Shown here in pieces: positions 37,589 through 51,118 of a stretch of 64,000 nt of DNA. The position numbers and the translations under genes were made by a program. Within the stretch, counting starts at the first letter, position 1. The number at the start of each line of letters is the position of its first letter. The stretch spans positions 31,000,001 through 31,064,000 of the forward strand of contig OX597836.1 in NCBI GenBank assembly GCA_951406725.2, written 5' to 3'. The notes beneath the pieces were generated by a model. The model did not search any database. It saw only the letters and a program-made list of their open reading frames with translations, and was not told the DNA's origin. Source of the DNA: Octopus vulgaris (lineage: Eukaryota).

Positions 37589-38988
37589 CAGGAGTTGTCA
37601 CCCAGGGACCATATGACCCCTGAGGGTCCATATCAGATCTTTGGGGCTCCATGCAAGCAAAATAGTAAATTTGAGATCTGCAGAAGTATTTTAAAGATTT
37701 ATGAATAAATTTCTCTGTTAGATATATTTATTGCAAGAAACAGCTAGGTTTCTTTCTCTAATCTATATATATAAAGCTGAAGTTGTCTGTGTGTGGCAGG
37801 TTTGGTAGCCTTCAACTAACGCTATCTCCTCCAAGACCCTGCGGCGCAAGTTGACCAAAATTGAGAGTATGATAGAAGAAGGCTTGCTCTTCATTCCGTA
37901 GAAGGTAAAATTCAAATCGGACCATGTTAAGACCAAAAATTATTTACATCAAAAAGGTGCTTTTTTTCTATGAAAATCCCTATTTTTTACGATTTTTTTA
38001 CTGCTGTGTCGACATCTTTCGGTGTATTTCAACCAGAAAAATGTTCACTTAAAGAGAATAACAAGCACATAATGCAAAATTTTAATTTTCAAAAATTCCA
38101 ATTCTAAAGGGTCGAAACAAACCTGAGCAACGCCGGGTGATACTGCTAGTATATATATAAAGCTGATTGTCTGTGTGTGGCAGGTTTGGTAGCCTTCAAC
38201 TAACACTATCTCCTCCGAGACCCTGCAGCGCAAGTTGACCAAAATTGAGAGTATGATAGAAGAAGGCTTGCTCTTCTTTCTGTAGAAGATAAAATTCAAA
38301 TCGGACATCAAAAAGGTGCTTTTTTTCTATGAAAATCCCTATTTTTTATGGTGTATTTCAACCAGAAAAATGTTCACTTAAAGAGAATAACAAGCTACAT
38401 AATGCAAAATTTTTACTTTTCAAAAATTCCAATTCTAAAGGGTCGAAACAAACCTGAGCAATGCTGGACGATACTGCTAGTTCAATACGTTTTCAGCCTC
38501 TGAAACATGTTTTCTCAGTGAAGGATATTGCAAACCTACGCAGTAGATAGAAGAAGGCTTGCTCTTCTTTCTGTAGAAGATAAAATTCAAATCGGACATC
38601 AAAAAGGTGCTTTTTTTCTATGAAAATCCCTATTTTTTATGGTGTATTTCAACCAGAAAAATGTTCACTTAAAGAGAATAACAAGCTACATAATGCAAAA
38701 TTTTTACTTTTCAAAAATTCCAATTCTAAAGGGTCGAAACAAACCTGAGCAATGCTGGACGATACTGCTAGTTCAATACGTTTTCAGTCTCTGAAACATG
38801 TTTTCTCAGTGAAGGATATTGCAAACCTACGCAAGTGAATCTGTGAAAAACAAAATAGGAATTTTGAAAGAAGTGTCTATAAAACAAGTTTTTAAACATC
38901 AAACAGCTACAGGAGTTCACCAGAATAAAATAGTCATCAAAGGGGTCCATAGATTAAAAAAAAAAAAAAGAATGGTGGAGAACCCCTG
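37589..38988. mobile_element. hAT (Charlie-like) MITE hosting nested Helitron copies
   Basis: CAGG...CCTG ends with 8-bp TSD ctgtagag/ctgtaaag (1 mismatch). Confidence 0.75.
37762..38771 (+). mobile_element. Tandem non-autonomous Helitron copies (37762-38149, 38150-38480, partial 38546-38771)
   Basis: 5' TC start. Each unit ends cctgagcaa.gc.gg..gatactgCTAG, the same 3' end as 35565-35947. Confidence 0.8.
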
Positions 38989-39255
38989 CTGTAAAGGGAA
39001 GAAGAACGTGATATTTCAGGATTGATTGTTTGTGCGAGATGAAAATATTTTCTTTTGCAGATGAAGAGACTGTCTCAAAATCCTCAAATTTATGTTCTAC
39101 TCACAGCATGTGAATGAACTTCAATACTTCCTCTTTTGAGAAGTAAAAAGAAAAATTCTTTATTCTCACTCTCAGCATAGAAGGAAATCATGACTAGGAA
39201 CCATCATCATCATCATCATCATCATCACATTCACCACCACCACCACCACCATCAC

Positions 39256-39294
<39 letters not shown>

Positions 39295-41322
39295 ACTGTC
39301 CACTTTACCATGCTTGTATGGGTCAGATGGATTTTGTTGAAGTGGATTTTTCTATGACCAGATACCTTTTCTGCACCCAACACCTACATAGCCTGTTTAT
39401 AAGCAAGGCAGTATTTCCCACTGATCAGACATGTTTCCAAGGAAGATCGGAACAACTGATAAGCATCCCATGGAACTTACACTTAACCAACATGCAGGTC
39501 TATGGTAACATTGCCAAGTTAGCTATTATTCTAAAGTAAACTCAAGCTCAAGTGCAGTAGACACACATGGGGAATCAACATCACTTAATGCCCGTGATTG
39601 GACAGATTGACAGGATCTGATGGGTCCAAGGACTGCATTGTACTCCAGTGTTTGATTTGGTATGGTTTCTACTGCTGGATGCCCTACCTAATGTTAACCA
39701 CTTTACAGTGTGTACTGGGTGCATTTTTCATGTTACTAGTGTTATTGAAGTTGCCATGCAGCTCACATTAGCGTTTAAGCCAGCATATCTGGCCCAAATT
39801 TATTTTATGTTCAAGCAGGCTAGATTTGGCCTCTCACACCTACCCTACTATGTCATCCTAAAAATACACAATCGCTTCATCAAAATCTTGAAGCTACGAG
39901 ATAGTGCAAGATGAGTTTAAAACAGGCGTGAATAAACAAGCATTACATTTGACAGAATAATCTGAATGTAAAAGAGTTAAGCTTAGAATTATCTGATTGT
40001 GAAGTAAGCTTCTTAACAACCGTCTTGTTCCTAATACTTTCTGAAGAAAGTAGTTGGAACATTTATAGGAAAAAAAAAACTATTAAAATTTGCTAACAAA
40101 ATTACTTGTTTTATTGACAAGAGTAAAAAATATAGATATTAATTTTTTATTTAATTTCTTCAGCTTTATTGAGTTGTAAGTTCTTTAGACTTAATCCATC
40201 ATCCAGTTTGACACCACCAACCAACCCTTGACTAATGTTGGTGATGTTTACTTTATTGCAAGTATTCAAAGCCAGTCTCTAGTGTGAGGTCATTAACATC
40301 TTATTCCATTGTCCCCCTCCTTATCGTTCTCAGAGACCCGTATAAAGGTCATGGGCACTGGCTTTCTTCCTCTGACTAAGCTATAAAGCGAAACCAAAAG
40401 AAAAAATACCCAAACTCTACAGGATACAATATAAAATCTTTATATACTTTGATCTTAACAAATGTCAAGTCTGAACAAATGTCAAATCTAAAACCAGTTA
40501 TAGACACAACTTTCCAATTCTTTTGTATCTATTTGCAATGTTTTCTCTAATTTTAATTATTGAACACTCTAGTGAATAATAATGCCATTGGGGAGTCTAT
40601 GGGACATCAATACTGCTGGGCCTGTCTTCTGTGTTTGATGATGCTCTCAGTGGATCAGAGCTGTATTTTGAATGGTATATTAAGTGATGCTATCACAGAC
40701 AGTTGCTTTATTTCATATCTAAAACACTATATGAGAAAATGGCTTTAGTAAATGAAAGAGAATGAGAGCAAGGTCAGTAAGATAAATTATGAGTTCATTT
40801 TAGTGGGGTGGGAGAATTGTTGGAGCATTGAGTAACTTGATATAGAGAAGCTGTTCTGATCCTTTGCTTTATGACTGTATCAGACAGGTGTGACAAAGTA
40901 AAGTTGTCTGTGTTTAGCTGACAGGATGTCTTGTAAAGAATACCTGAAGGAAAGCAATAGGAAAACAAATTTTTTTTTGTTCTTCTAAAAATTCATTGAC
41001 ATGCATAAAGTGCTTGTCAAGGAAATCATCAGGGATTGGTCATTGATTTGATGGCAGAGAATAAAGAATATGAGATAAAAACCATAACAATCACATGTAC
41101 TCCAGAGTTCAGATCTAAGTCATGTCATATTTAACCCTCTAGCATTTAAACTGGTCATAGCCAGCCAATATATTCTTCCTGTTTTATGTTCAAAGTATCC
41201 AAATCTGGCCTTCTACACCTACTTTACAATATCATTCTAAAAATAAACAATTACATCATTGAAATCTTGGTTGAGAGCCACTGATTTACATAGAATAGTT
41301 ATTGCAGTCTATATAAATGTGT

Positions 41323-41621
41323 GGAGGCACAATGGCCGAGTGGTTAGGGCAGCGGACTTGCGGTCGTAGGATCGTAGTTTCGATACCCGGACTGGGTGTT
41401 GTGAGTGTTTATTGAGTGAAAACACCTAAAGTTCCACGAGGCTCTGGCAGGGAGTGGTGGCGATCCCTGCTGTACTCTTTCACCACAGCTTTCTCTCACT
41501 CTTTCTTCTACTTAGCTGGCGGGTGGTGCATCATTTGAAGGCTAAAACAATGCGAAAGTGCATTATGTCCAGCGATGTGTAGCAACATCTGATAGCCTGG
41601 TCGGTCATGATGATCACGGTG
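41323..41621 (+). mobile_element. tRNA-derived SINE family D, tail type 1
   Basis: A and B boxes, body gtgtttattgagtgaaaacacctaaag..., and 12-bp TSD atataaatgtgt (41311-41322 / 41622-41633). Confidence 0.88.
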
Positions 41622-41641
41622 ATATAAATGTGTAACCGTCA

Positions 41642-41708
<67 letters not shown>

Positions 41709-41922
41709 CTTCAAACTATTGTTTTTGTTATAATCAACCTCTCCATCACTACCTCCATCATCTACATCACCATCTTCATTGTTGTCATTGTGATTGCCTC
41801 CATCACCATTGTTATTTGTTGTTGTGTTTGTAGTGATAGTAGTCACCTCATTCATCATCATCAGCATCCTCTTCATCACCATCATCAACATCACCATCAT
41901 CATCAGTCATCATATTTCATAT

Positions 41923-42147
41923 ATTTCTTTATTGCCCACAAGGGGCTACACACTGAGGGGCACAAACAAGGACAGACAAAGGGATTAAGTCGATTACATC
42001 GACCCCAGTGCGTAACTGGTACTCAATTTATCGACCCCGAAAGGATGAAAGGCAAAATCGACCTCGGCAGAATTTGAACTCAGAACGTAGCGGCAGACGA
42101 AATACCACTAAGCATTTCACCCGGCTTGCTAACGATTCTGCCAGCTC
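41923..42147 (-). mobile_element. SINE family B
   Basis: Reverse complement of the 50697-50930 monomer. Confidence 0.88.
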
Positions 42148-42214
42148 GGAGACTTCCATCATCAGTCATCATTGTCATCGTCATCATTGTCACTGTCATG
42201 ATCATCATTGCATT

Positions 42215-42270
<56 letters not shown>

Positions 42271-42839
42271 TGTCATCATCATCATCATCGTCAGCAGCAG
42301 CAGCATCATTTTCATCAGCAGCATCATTTCATCATCACATCATCATCATCGTCAGCAGCAGCATCATTTTCATCATATCATCATCATTGTCATCATCACA
42401 TCATCATCACCTAATCACCATCATCATCATCATCTTCTTATTGCTTTTGCATTCACGATCAGCAGCAGCATCAGCATCACCATCACTTGGTGTATAAAAA
42501 TTATACGACTACTTCTACATTACAGCTATGCATATTAGTTATAGCTATGAGTACAAAAAAAAAGAAAGAGAGCAAGAGAGTGAGAGAGAGAAAAAGAGAG
42601 AGAGAGAAAGATGTGGTATGGCAGCAGAGACACCCAATATGCATGATGAAATGCAATCATATTTCCATATAACAGAGAAAGATTTAAAGTGGACAATAAG
42701 AGAACCTAACCTAACTCCATGGATTCGTTCCTATTGACTAGCTTCTTTATAATCATTGTCACAAAGCCAATTCAATTCAATGTCATAGAAAGTTTAGATA
42801 AAGAGATATATGTATATATACATATGTCTGTGCGTGTAC

Positions 42840-42877
<38 letters not shown>

Positions 42878-43039
42878 CATTTACGATATATGATATATAA
42901 TAATATAAATAATATACAAATATATGCATATATACATACATATATGTACATACCTACATATATATGTATATATACATGCATATATGGGTATAGGACATAA
43001 AACATTGAACACAATGAGAAATGAAAACATAAAAACAAA

Positions 43040-43084
<45 letters not shown>

Positions 43085-43141
43085 GTATAAAATATATTAT
43101 ATATAACACACTCACACACATATATATATAAAATATATTTT

Positions 43142-43181
<40 letters not shown>

Positions 43182-43562
43182 AAATGTACTTGCATCTTTA
43201 CATTTACATACATGCATATATACACATACATTTGTGTGAGTGTGTATATACATCATGTGCATATATTTGCGTGTGTGTGTGTGTAAAAAGAAATTTGTGT
43301 ATTCCCTTATTTGCAATCACTGCATTAGCTGTATATATGATCATGAGGATATAGTATATCTATATATTTGGCCCCAACATTTTCAGAGATAATTTAATCA
43401 CCTACCAGTATTTCCCCTCCCCATTCTCTTATATTTCCCCACCAAATTATATTTTTCATTTGCTGGGTAAATATTATCTCAAAGCCTGAAGCCACTTTTG
43501 CTGTCTTCATTCCCTATCTTAACATAGATTCCTTTAATCACTTCATTTGCTTGTTCAATACT

Positions 43563-44200
43563 TGTTAGAAAATAAATAACTCAGAGATGTCATCTGCATG
43601 GAAAAACAATAGCTAAGTTAGTGTTGGCATATTTAATGCAGAAAGAGTTTTGAAAATCTTAACCCGTTAGCATTTACACTGACCGTATCAGGCCCAAATA
43701 TCTTACGTGCACTGTGTTCAAACTGGCCAGATCTAATCCCACTGATCTACCCTGCCATGGCATTATAAAAATGACATGTTAGAAAATAAATAACTCAGAG
43801 ATGTCATCTGCATGGAAAAACAATAGCTAAGTTAGTGTTGGCATATTTAATGCAGAAAGAGCTTTGAAAATCTTAACCCGTTAGCATTTACACTGACCGT
43901 ATCAGGCCCAAATATCTTACGTGCATTGTGTTCAAACTGGCCATATCTAATCCCACTGATCTACCCTGCCATGGCATTATAAAAATGACATGTTAGAAAA
44001 TAAATAACTCAGAGATGTCATCTGCATGGAAAAACAATAGCTAAGTTAGTGTTGACACATTTAATGCAGAAAGAGCTTTGAAAATCTGAACCCGTTAGCA
44101 TTTACACTGACTGTATCAGGCCCAAATATTTTACTTGCATTGTGTTCAAACTGGCCAGATCTAAATCCATTGATCTACCCTGCCATGCCATTATAAAAAT
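43563..44200. repeat. 214-bp tandem triplication including a piggyBac-MITE end and its flank
   Basis: tgttagaaaataaataactcagagatgtc recurs at 43563, 43777 and 43991. Confidence 0.92.
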
Positions 44201-44386
44201 GAACAAACAGTACATCAAAATGTCAAAGCTGTTAGATGATACACGATTAATTCAAAACAATATAAATAAATAAGAATTACATTTGACAGAGTTATCTGAA
44301 TGTTAAAGGGTTACAAAGGTAATTCAAAATAAATATGCAATGGGTAAAGAACAAACTTAGTTGATGACTAATATAATATTTTCATT

Positions 44387-44790
44387 AAGGTGGCGAGCTG
44401 GCAGAATCTCGTTAGCATGCCGGGTGAAATGCTTAGCGGTATTTTGCCTGCCGCTACGTTCTGAGTTCAAATTCCGCCGAGGTCGACTTTGCCTTTCATC
44501 CTTTCGGGGTCGATTAAATAAGTACCAGTTACGCACTGGGGTCGATGTAATCGACTTAATCCGTTTGTCTGTCCTTGTTTGTCCTCTCTGTGTTTAGCTC
44601 CTTGTGGGTAGTAAAGAAATAGGTATTTTGTCTGTCTTTACGTTCTGAGTTCAAATGCTGCCATGGTCAGTCTTGCTTTTCATCCTTTCAGGGTCGATAA
44701 ATTAAGTACCAGTTGTGTACTGTGGTTGATCTAATTGACTGGCCCCCTTCTTCAAAAATTTCGGGCCTTGTGTCTAGAGTAGAAAAGAAT
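44387..44790 (+). mobile_element. SINE family B dimer
   Basis: Head aaggtggcgagctggcagaa, central gtcgactttgcctttcatcctttcggggtcgat (Meta/Sauria-like domain, from recall), second monomer restarting at ggtattt. Confidence 0.85.
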
Positions 44791-45151
44791 ATAGTATTTT
44801 CATTTATTTTCAGTAAGTACAAGAGATTATTTTACTCTACTGGACATCCATAGCCATTCTATGTATATATATAAAAAATCCGACTGTATTTTTATAATTA
44901 AATATTATTAGGAATTCTGTCAATTGTAAATAATGTTATTAGGAATTACTCTTTTACTATTTTACTTGTTTCAGTCATTTGACTGTGGCCACGCTGGAGC
45001 ATCAGCTTTTAGTCAAACAAATTGATACCAGGACGTATTCTTTGTAAGCCTAGTACTTATTCTATCGGTCAAACCACTAAGTTACAGGGACTTAGTAAGC
45101 ACACCAGCATCGGTTGTCAAGCGATGTTGGGGAACAAACACAGACACACAA

Positions 45152-45191
<40 letters not shown>

Positions 45192-46258
45192 GATGGGCTT
45201 CTTTCAGTTTCCGTCTACCAAATCCACTCACAAGGCTTTGGTTGGCCCGAGGCTATAGTAGAAGACACTTGCCCAAGGTGCCACGCTGTGGGACTGAATC
45301 CGGAACCATGTGGATGGTAAGCAAGCTACTTACCACACAGCCACTCCTACGCCTATACTCCTGTTGTGTATTAAATTTTAACAGTAAAATCTGCTATGGA
45401 TCCCCAAGGGCCAAATGGACCCTGATCGAAAACCACTGCTCTTCTGTCTGCTTTGGCATGGTTTCTATGGCTGAATGCTCTTCCTAATGCCAACCACTTT
45501 ACAGAGTGTACTGGGTGCATTTTGCTTGGCACCAGCACCAATGAGGCAAGATAAGCCTCTTCCGTTAAGCAGGAAGTAGTATCCAGTCCCCCCGCACACC
45601 TACCCTATAATGTCCTTCTTAAAGTAAACAATCACATCATTGGAATTCCTTGACAATGAGATAATGCCCGATATATTCCAAACAATTTGAATAAACAAAC
45701 ATTACATTTGACAGAGTAACCTGAATACCGAAGGGTTAAATACATTAACATTAATTTAACTAACATGTCTGTCTCGACATACAATTATTTCTAATTAACC
45801 TTTTAATGCTCCTTTCGTTTAAATATGTTAATACTAATTTACATATCCATTTGTCTCACTGTGTAATTATTTCTAATCAACATGTCTAATTAGCAACTAA
45901 ACTTCCCTCAAGCTACATTTTAACTTATCTTTATCTTTAACAAGGAAGGACACATTGACAATGCAGTCTTATACAAACACACACATGTATGTATGTGTGT
46001 ATGTATGTATGTGTGTGTGTATGTATGTATGTGTGTATGTATGTATGTATGTATGTATGTATGTATGTAGGTAGGTAGGTAGATAGGTAGGTAGGTAGGT
46101 AGGTAGGTAGGTATGTAATGTATGTATGTATGTAATGTATGTATGTATGTATGTATGTATGTAGGTAAGTAGGTAGGTAGGTAGGTATGTAATGTATGTA
46201 TGTATGTAATGTATGTATGTATGTATGTATGTATGTATGCATGCATGTAATGTATGTA

Positions 46259-46635
46259 CACTACCGTCAGAAATTAATTAGCACCCTTGATTTGCTCTTC
46301 ACTCAAGGTATGTGCTGTCACCTAGTGGCCATATCTCGAACTATTGCTTTGTTGCGAGTTCACTGTTGCGCAGAACGATGACGTAACTTTGTTTGCAGAG
46401 CAGTTTGAGAGTCTACAGCCTTATGATGTTGACATAGCAGTGCAACAACTTGGAGTGCGGATGCAGACAAATTTTCCTTTGTTTAATAGATATAGGTAGC
46501 GCCTCGCAAGGACCGAAATCACACCATACTAAGTTTTCTCATCGCGTAAGACGTTTTGAACAGCTCATAGGTTAATTGATTTAACCTATTTAATGTAGAA
46601 ATTTGAGAAGTGCTAATTAATTTCTGACGCAAGTG
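46259..46635. mobile_element. Tc1/mariner-type MITE inserted in (ATGT)n
   Basis: 26-bp TIRs cactaccgtcagaaattaattagcac / gtgctaattaatttctgacgcaagtg, with TA on both sides. Confidence 0.9.
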
Positions 46636-47901
46636 TATGTATGTAATATATATGTATGTAATGTATGTATGTATGGATGGATGGATGTATGTAGGTATGT
46701 ATGTATGCATGTAATGTATGTATGTATGTATGTAATGTATATATGTATGTATGTATGTAAGTTATGTATGCATGTATGTTTGCATGTATGTATGTATGCA
46801 TGTATGTATGTATGCACACATACATGTACACTATTTCTGAAAATAATAGAAATGGTCACAGAATAATTATAGGTCTGCTGGATCAAGACTCACCTGGATT
46901 TAAATAACAACTGTTAATCAAACCCAATAAACGAGGCACATGCTTTGTTCCTTGACTTGGTTGAAATATTGGGTTGTCCGGAAAGTTTGTGCCGATTTAT
47001 AGTAGCCTACCTTTCAACTTACCGTAAATCCTCAAGTATAGTCCGCCCTTGAGTATAATACGCAGGGGATTTTTAGGGGGCTGTACCTCTGAAAAACCTA
47101 AACCTTGTGTATAATACGCAAAAGATGAATTGATCTTCAAAATTTGGCAAAGACATTGCTTTCAAATTTGGGCTCAAGCCAGCAATTTCAGAGGAGGCGG
47201 AGGGGTTAAGCTGATTACATCCGCCCCAGGGCTCAATTGGTACTTATTTTATCCACCCCGAAAAGATGAAAGGCAAAGTCAACCTCAGCTGAATTTGAAC
47301 TCAGAACATAAAAACGGACAAAATTCCACAAAGCATTTTGCCCGGTGTGCTAACGGTTCTGCCTGTTCCCTGCCTTATATTTGCCAAATATATTACTAGC
47401 CATGATGTGCATAACACATCAATAAAGGTCACTTTATAGAATATCTTTAAATGAACTTTACTGTTGCTGCTGCTATCGCTGCTGCAACAGACCGTATAGC
47501 GATAGTCTTACTGTAGTCTGTTATTGATAATCCTTGTTTCAATAGTTATGAGTTGTAAATTTATGGTGGAATCGTACAAATCGTTTTATGTATTACCCTG
47601 CATATTTCTGACATCATTATAGCTTGCTTTTTTCTTTGCAGCAAATATAATATTGATTTTATTTGGTTGGAATTAATTCTTGAATAACTTTAGGTCACCT
47701 TTGATCTAGCTGACCTGTGATCAGAGGCAGTCCAGCTATGACCACTTCTGTGATTATATAACTGAATGTGGCTTTTGTTATCATATTTCTATTGAAATGA
47801 ACTTTCATTTCAATCAATTTTGAAATTATTGAAGAATTTAGTAAAAATCTTTATTATTATTAATTATAATCATCATAATAATAATAATAATTATTATTAT
47901 T

Positions 47902-48455
47902 GAGTGAAAGAGTAGTTCATGCCATCAAAGTGATACTGATGTAAAATATACGAAGCCCTGTATACCCATCATGACTACCCGTCTGATAAGGGTACACCAG
48001 GCACATGCATCACAACCATATGTGCATGACATGGTGATCTCATATCAAGATAAACAGTACATGACCTTGCAGGTGGGACCCAGTTAGAATTTTTTTCAGG
48101 TCGAGTAGCCCATCCTGCTCAAAAGGTCCCTTAATAAGGATTGTTTAAGGATGTTGAATGAACCACCCATGTTTCCAGTGGTGAATTATTCAAACCCCAA
48201 AGAATCCCTCTCAACACATGGCTATGATGCTCCCCCACTACTTCTGCTCGTGATCAGAGATGCACATATCGTCAGCCTCTAAGGGACATGCTCAACTGGT
48301 TAAGGTCAAACAACTGACAAGCAAATCTGTGGTATTGAGCAGAAAATTTGCTGTAGCCCATCTTTTATACCAAAACAAAACAATGTACATGATAACACTT
48401 CCAATCAGTTAAGATTAGAAGCCACGAGAGCCACTGCCTGGTACTGCATCAGGGC

Positions 48456-48456
<1 letters not shown>
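47902..48456. mobile_element. Second full copy of the 555-bp (TTA)n-bounded element
   Basis: Same ends (gagtga.ag...gcatcagggca) and length as 24952-25506. Confidence 0.88.
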
Positions 48457-48489
<33 letters not shown>

Positions 48490-49001
48490 GTTATTATTAT
48501 TATTATTATTAAGGCAGTGAGCTGGCAGAATTGTTAGCATGCTGGGCAAAATGCTTAGTGGTATTTCGTCCATCCTTATGTTCTGAGTTCAAGTTCTGTC
48601 GAGGTCAACTTTGCCTTTCATCCTTTTGGGGTAGGTAAAATAAGTACCAGCTACATACTGGAGTTAATGTAATCAATTTACCCCTCCCCCCAAATTTCAG
48701 ACCTTGTGCCTATAGTGGAAAGGATGATTATTATTATTATTATTATTAAGTTTGTGTGCAGGCAGAATTGTTAGCACAATGGACGAAATGCTTAGCGGTA
48801 TTTCACCTGTTGCTACATTCTGAGTTCAAATTCCGCCAAGATCAACTTTGCCTTTCATCCTTTCAAGCTTTTTAGTCAATTTAATGTTTATTTAATTTTT
48901 TGAATAATATTTATTATAGTATATTTAATTTTTTCTATATGGTATGGATAGTGTCTTTCACTATTGAATTACTTAACAGAGGTTATTTCTCTTAATTATG
49001 T

Positions 49002-49048
<47 letters not shown>

Positions 49049-49110
49049 ATTAGAATAAATTTTTTTTTTTTTCGAAAAAAATTTTTATCAATGGCCAGCA
49101 TATTAAAAAA

Positions 49111-49169
49111 TACCTACTGACGAAGTGAGGGTTCTTATGAACCAACCCTGAAATCGGTCCGATATGGTA
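49111..49169 (+). ncRNA. Degenerate minimal hammerhead motif in a probable Penelope pseudo-LTR between (TA)n tracts
   Basis: CTGACGA-agtg-agggtt...aaccct-GAAA-tcg-GTC. Stem I is imperfect. Confidence 0.5.
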
Positions 49170-49679
49170 ATAATGGAATTTTTAGAAATTTCTGTCGGCT
49201 TTTTTTCGAGTAGCATGCGTATTGTGAAAAATTATATGGTAATGGACAATATGTCCAATTTTCGGCATATTTGGCAATATAAATTTTTTTGTTTGCCTTT
49301 ATTTATATATATATATATACAAAATTAAGGAATGTACTGGATAAAATCCAGGCTATATATGTTTTATAGCTATCAGAACCTTGGAAGTATGAGTTATCTA
49401 AACGAGGACTAATCAGCTAGCTACTTGTTGGGCCAAAGATACCTTAATCAAAAGACGTTTACATTGTTGTCCAGCGATCCCATGTTGACTTCCATAATTA
49501 CTACTACCGAGCTTCTACTACCTATGAAGCATACGTAGTTTGGATTTTGCCTTCTTCATTCCCTAATTTTGCATTTGTGTTCACTTGCACAATAACCCCT
49601 ATTGCTAACTGTAAGCTATAAAACAATTTTTTCCGCTTATCGAACCTCAATATGGGAAAAAATTCACAAACTTCTACAC

Positions 49680-49880
49680 CAGTGGTTTTCAACCAAGGTT
49701 CTGCCAGTATAGTCCAGGGGTTCCGAAAGTAGTGACAAAACTGCTAAAATCGGCAGTAATTTTTAATTCTCCTGTGCAGATATGTGTGCATAAGACTATT
49801 AAATTATTGCACAGGGGTTCCTCGAGCCAGTGGAATGTTTCCTTGGGGTTCCGCTCCAGCAAAAAGTTTGAAATGCACTG
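49680..49880. mobile_element. hAT MITE, 201 bp
   Basis: CAGTG...CACTG termini and perfect 8-bp TSD ttctacac (49672-49679 / 49881-49888). Confidence 0.92.
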
Positions 49881-50168
49881 TTCTACACCAACAAACTACT
49901 ATTGTTCCTGAAAGTTGTTTTTTTAATACCTTCTCCAGAATGCTTAATGCTTACTAACTTCCTACACCTTGATCTTTGATTCTTACTTTTACATACATAC
50001 ACACACACACATAACAGGTTTCTTTTAGTTTCTGTCTACCAAATCCACTCTTCAGAGTTCGATTGGTCTGAGGCTATAGTAGAAGACACTGGCTCAAAGT
50101 GCCATGCAGTGAGACTGATCCCAGAACCATGTGGTTAGGAAGCAAAGCCCTTACCACACAGCTACATC

Positions 50169-50224
<56 letters not shown>

Positions 50225-50696
50225 CACACACACACACAACACACACAACAGTTTCTGTCTATCAAATCCACTCAAAAGTGAACATGTAGAGGCTACTTAA
50301 TGAAATAGTCTCTGCATGGTAACTTGACTTGCTGAAGACAGCAGCCAAATATCCCACTAACCCTAATGTCAAAAACATAAAAAAAAAGGATGGGCTATTC
50401 ATGACTGAGGGACCATACATATAAGTACTTCACTTGATATGATTACATTTTTCACAGAGCAGCCACATTTCTTATTGTGTTGTATAGATTCAGGCAATAT
50501 CTCTGGTTGGTCTGAGAATAATTTGCTCATTTCATTCCATTTGTCATAGAGATTCATTATTGTCGTGTCCACATTATGGTGATGAAAGATTCTTGGAGCC
50601 TCAATAAAAACATCCCTTTTTTGGTTCTTTCACATAGCTAATCCTGAGAAAGACAGAAGTGAACTCAATCCAAGTACTTGACTGGTATTTTGTGTA

Positions 50697-51118
50697 AAGG
50701 CGGCAAGCTGGCAGAAACTTTAGCACGCCGGGCGAAATGCTTAGCGGTATTTCGTCTGCGTTACATTGTGAGTTCAAATTCCGCCAAGGTCGACTTTGCC
50801 TTTCATCCTTTCGGGGTCGATAAATTAAGTACCAGTTACGCACTGGGGTCGATGTAATCGACTTAATACCTATGTCTGTCCTTGTCTGTTCCCTCTGTGT
50901 TTAGCCCCTTGTGGGTAATAAAGAAATAGGTATTTCGTCTGCGTTACATTGTGAGTTCAAATTCCGCCAAGGTCGACTTTGCCTTTCATCCTGTCGGGGT
51001 CGATAAATTAAGTACCAGTTATGCACTGGGGTCGATGTAATTGGCTTAATACCTATGTCTGTCCTTGTTTGTCCCCTCTGTGTTTAGCCCCTTGTGGGTA
51101 ATAAAGAAATAGGTATTT
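50697..51118 (+). mobile_element. SINE family B dimer; inverted dimer at ~51771-52181 and monomer at ~58283-58517
   Basis: Two near-identical ~185-bp units after one head. Confidence 0.9.

Noticed and set aside
39061-39117. Possible exon after tcttttgcag (MKRLSQNPQIYVLLTACE*)
   Set aside because: Early stop and only a weak donor; no support beyond the acceptor-like site.
42618-42737. 39-aa ORF MAAETPNMHDEMQSYFHITEKDLKWTIREPNLTPWIRSY
   Set aside because: Length expected by chance, with no recognisable motif or splice support.
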